57,777 nt of DNA, taken from positions 1-57,777 of the IMG/VR virus record IMGVR_UViG_3300042901_001417; one strand, 5' to 3'. A program made the translations under genes and the position numbers. Origin of the DNA: a virus. Its lineage: Duplodnaviria > Caudoviricetes. Under the pieces are notes generated by a model. That model saw only the letters and a program-made list of their open reading frames with translations, had not been told where the DNA came from and did no database searches. The first letter of the stretch is position 1. The number at the start of each line of letters is the position of its first letter. This document shows positions 57,738 through 57,777 of the stretch, piece after piece.

Positions 57738-57777
57738 CGGGCTGAGGCCCATACACCGGCTGCCGGAATGGTCGATC

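Overview
This is a segment of a tailed dsDNA temperate phage genome. A Planctomycetota-like host is inferred from csrA, a RimI-like GNAT and the style of the attC sites. From left to right: (1) a 5'-truncated giant polyvalent/ejection-type protein; (2) a leftward early/anti-defence operon (YkgJ-like, DnaX-like AAA+, DUF932, ArdA, DUF7007-like, a very acidic peptide), whose intergenic spacers hold four self-cleaving ribozymes of three classes (HDV-like, two hammerheads, twister) and copies of an unrecognised two-hairpin motif; (3) a non-coding, possibly terminal region; (4) accessory genes, including a protein with two serine-recombinase catalytic domains; (5) head and tail genes with no classical tape measure; (6) a structured non-coding kb; (7) a lysogeny module (tyrosine recombinase, XRE, tRNA-Gly 3' fragment as attP, Cro-like gene); (8) recombination/replication genes; (9) at the right edge, an integron-like array of five attC sites flanking small gene cassettes, with no IntI in the window. 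Two dispersed palindromic operator families were also found. All calls come from reading motifs by eye; no searches were run.
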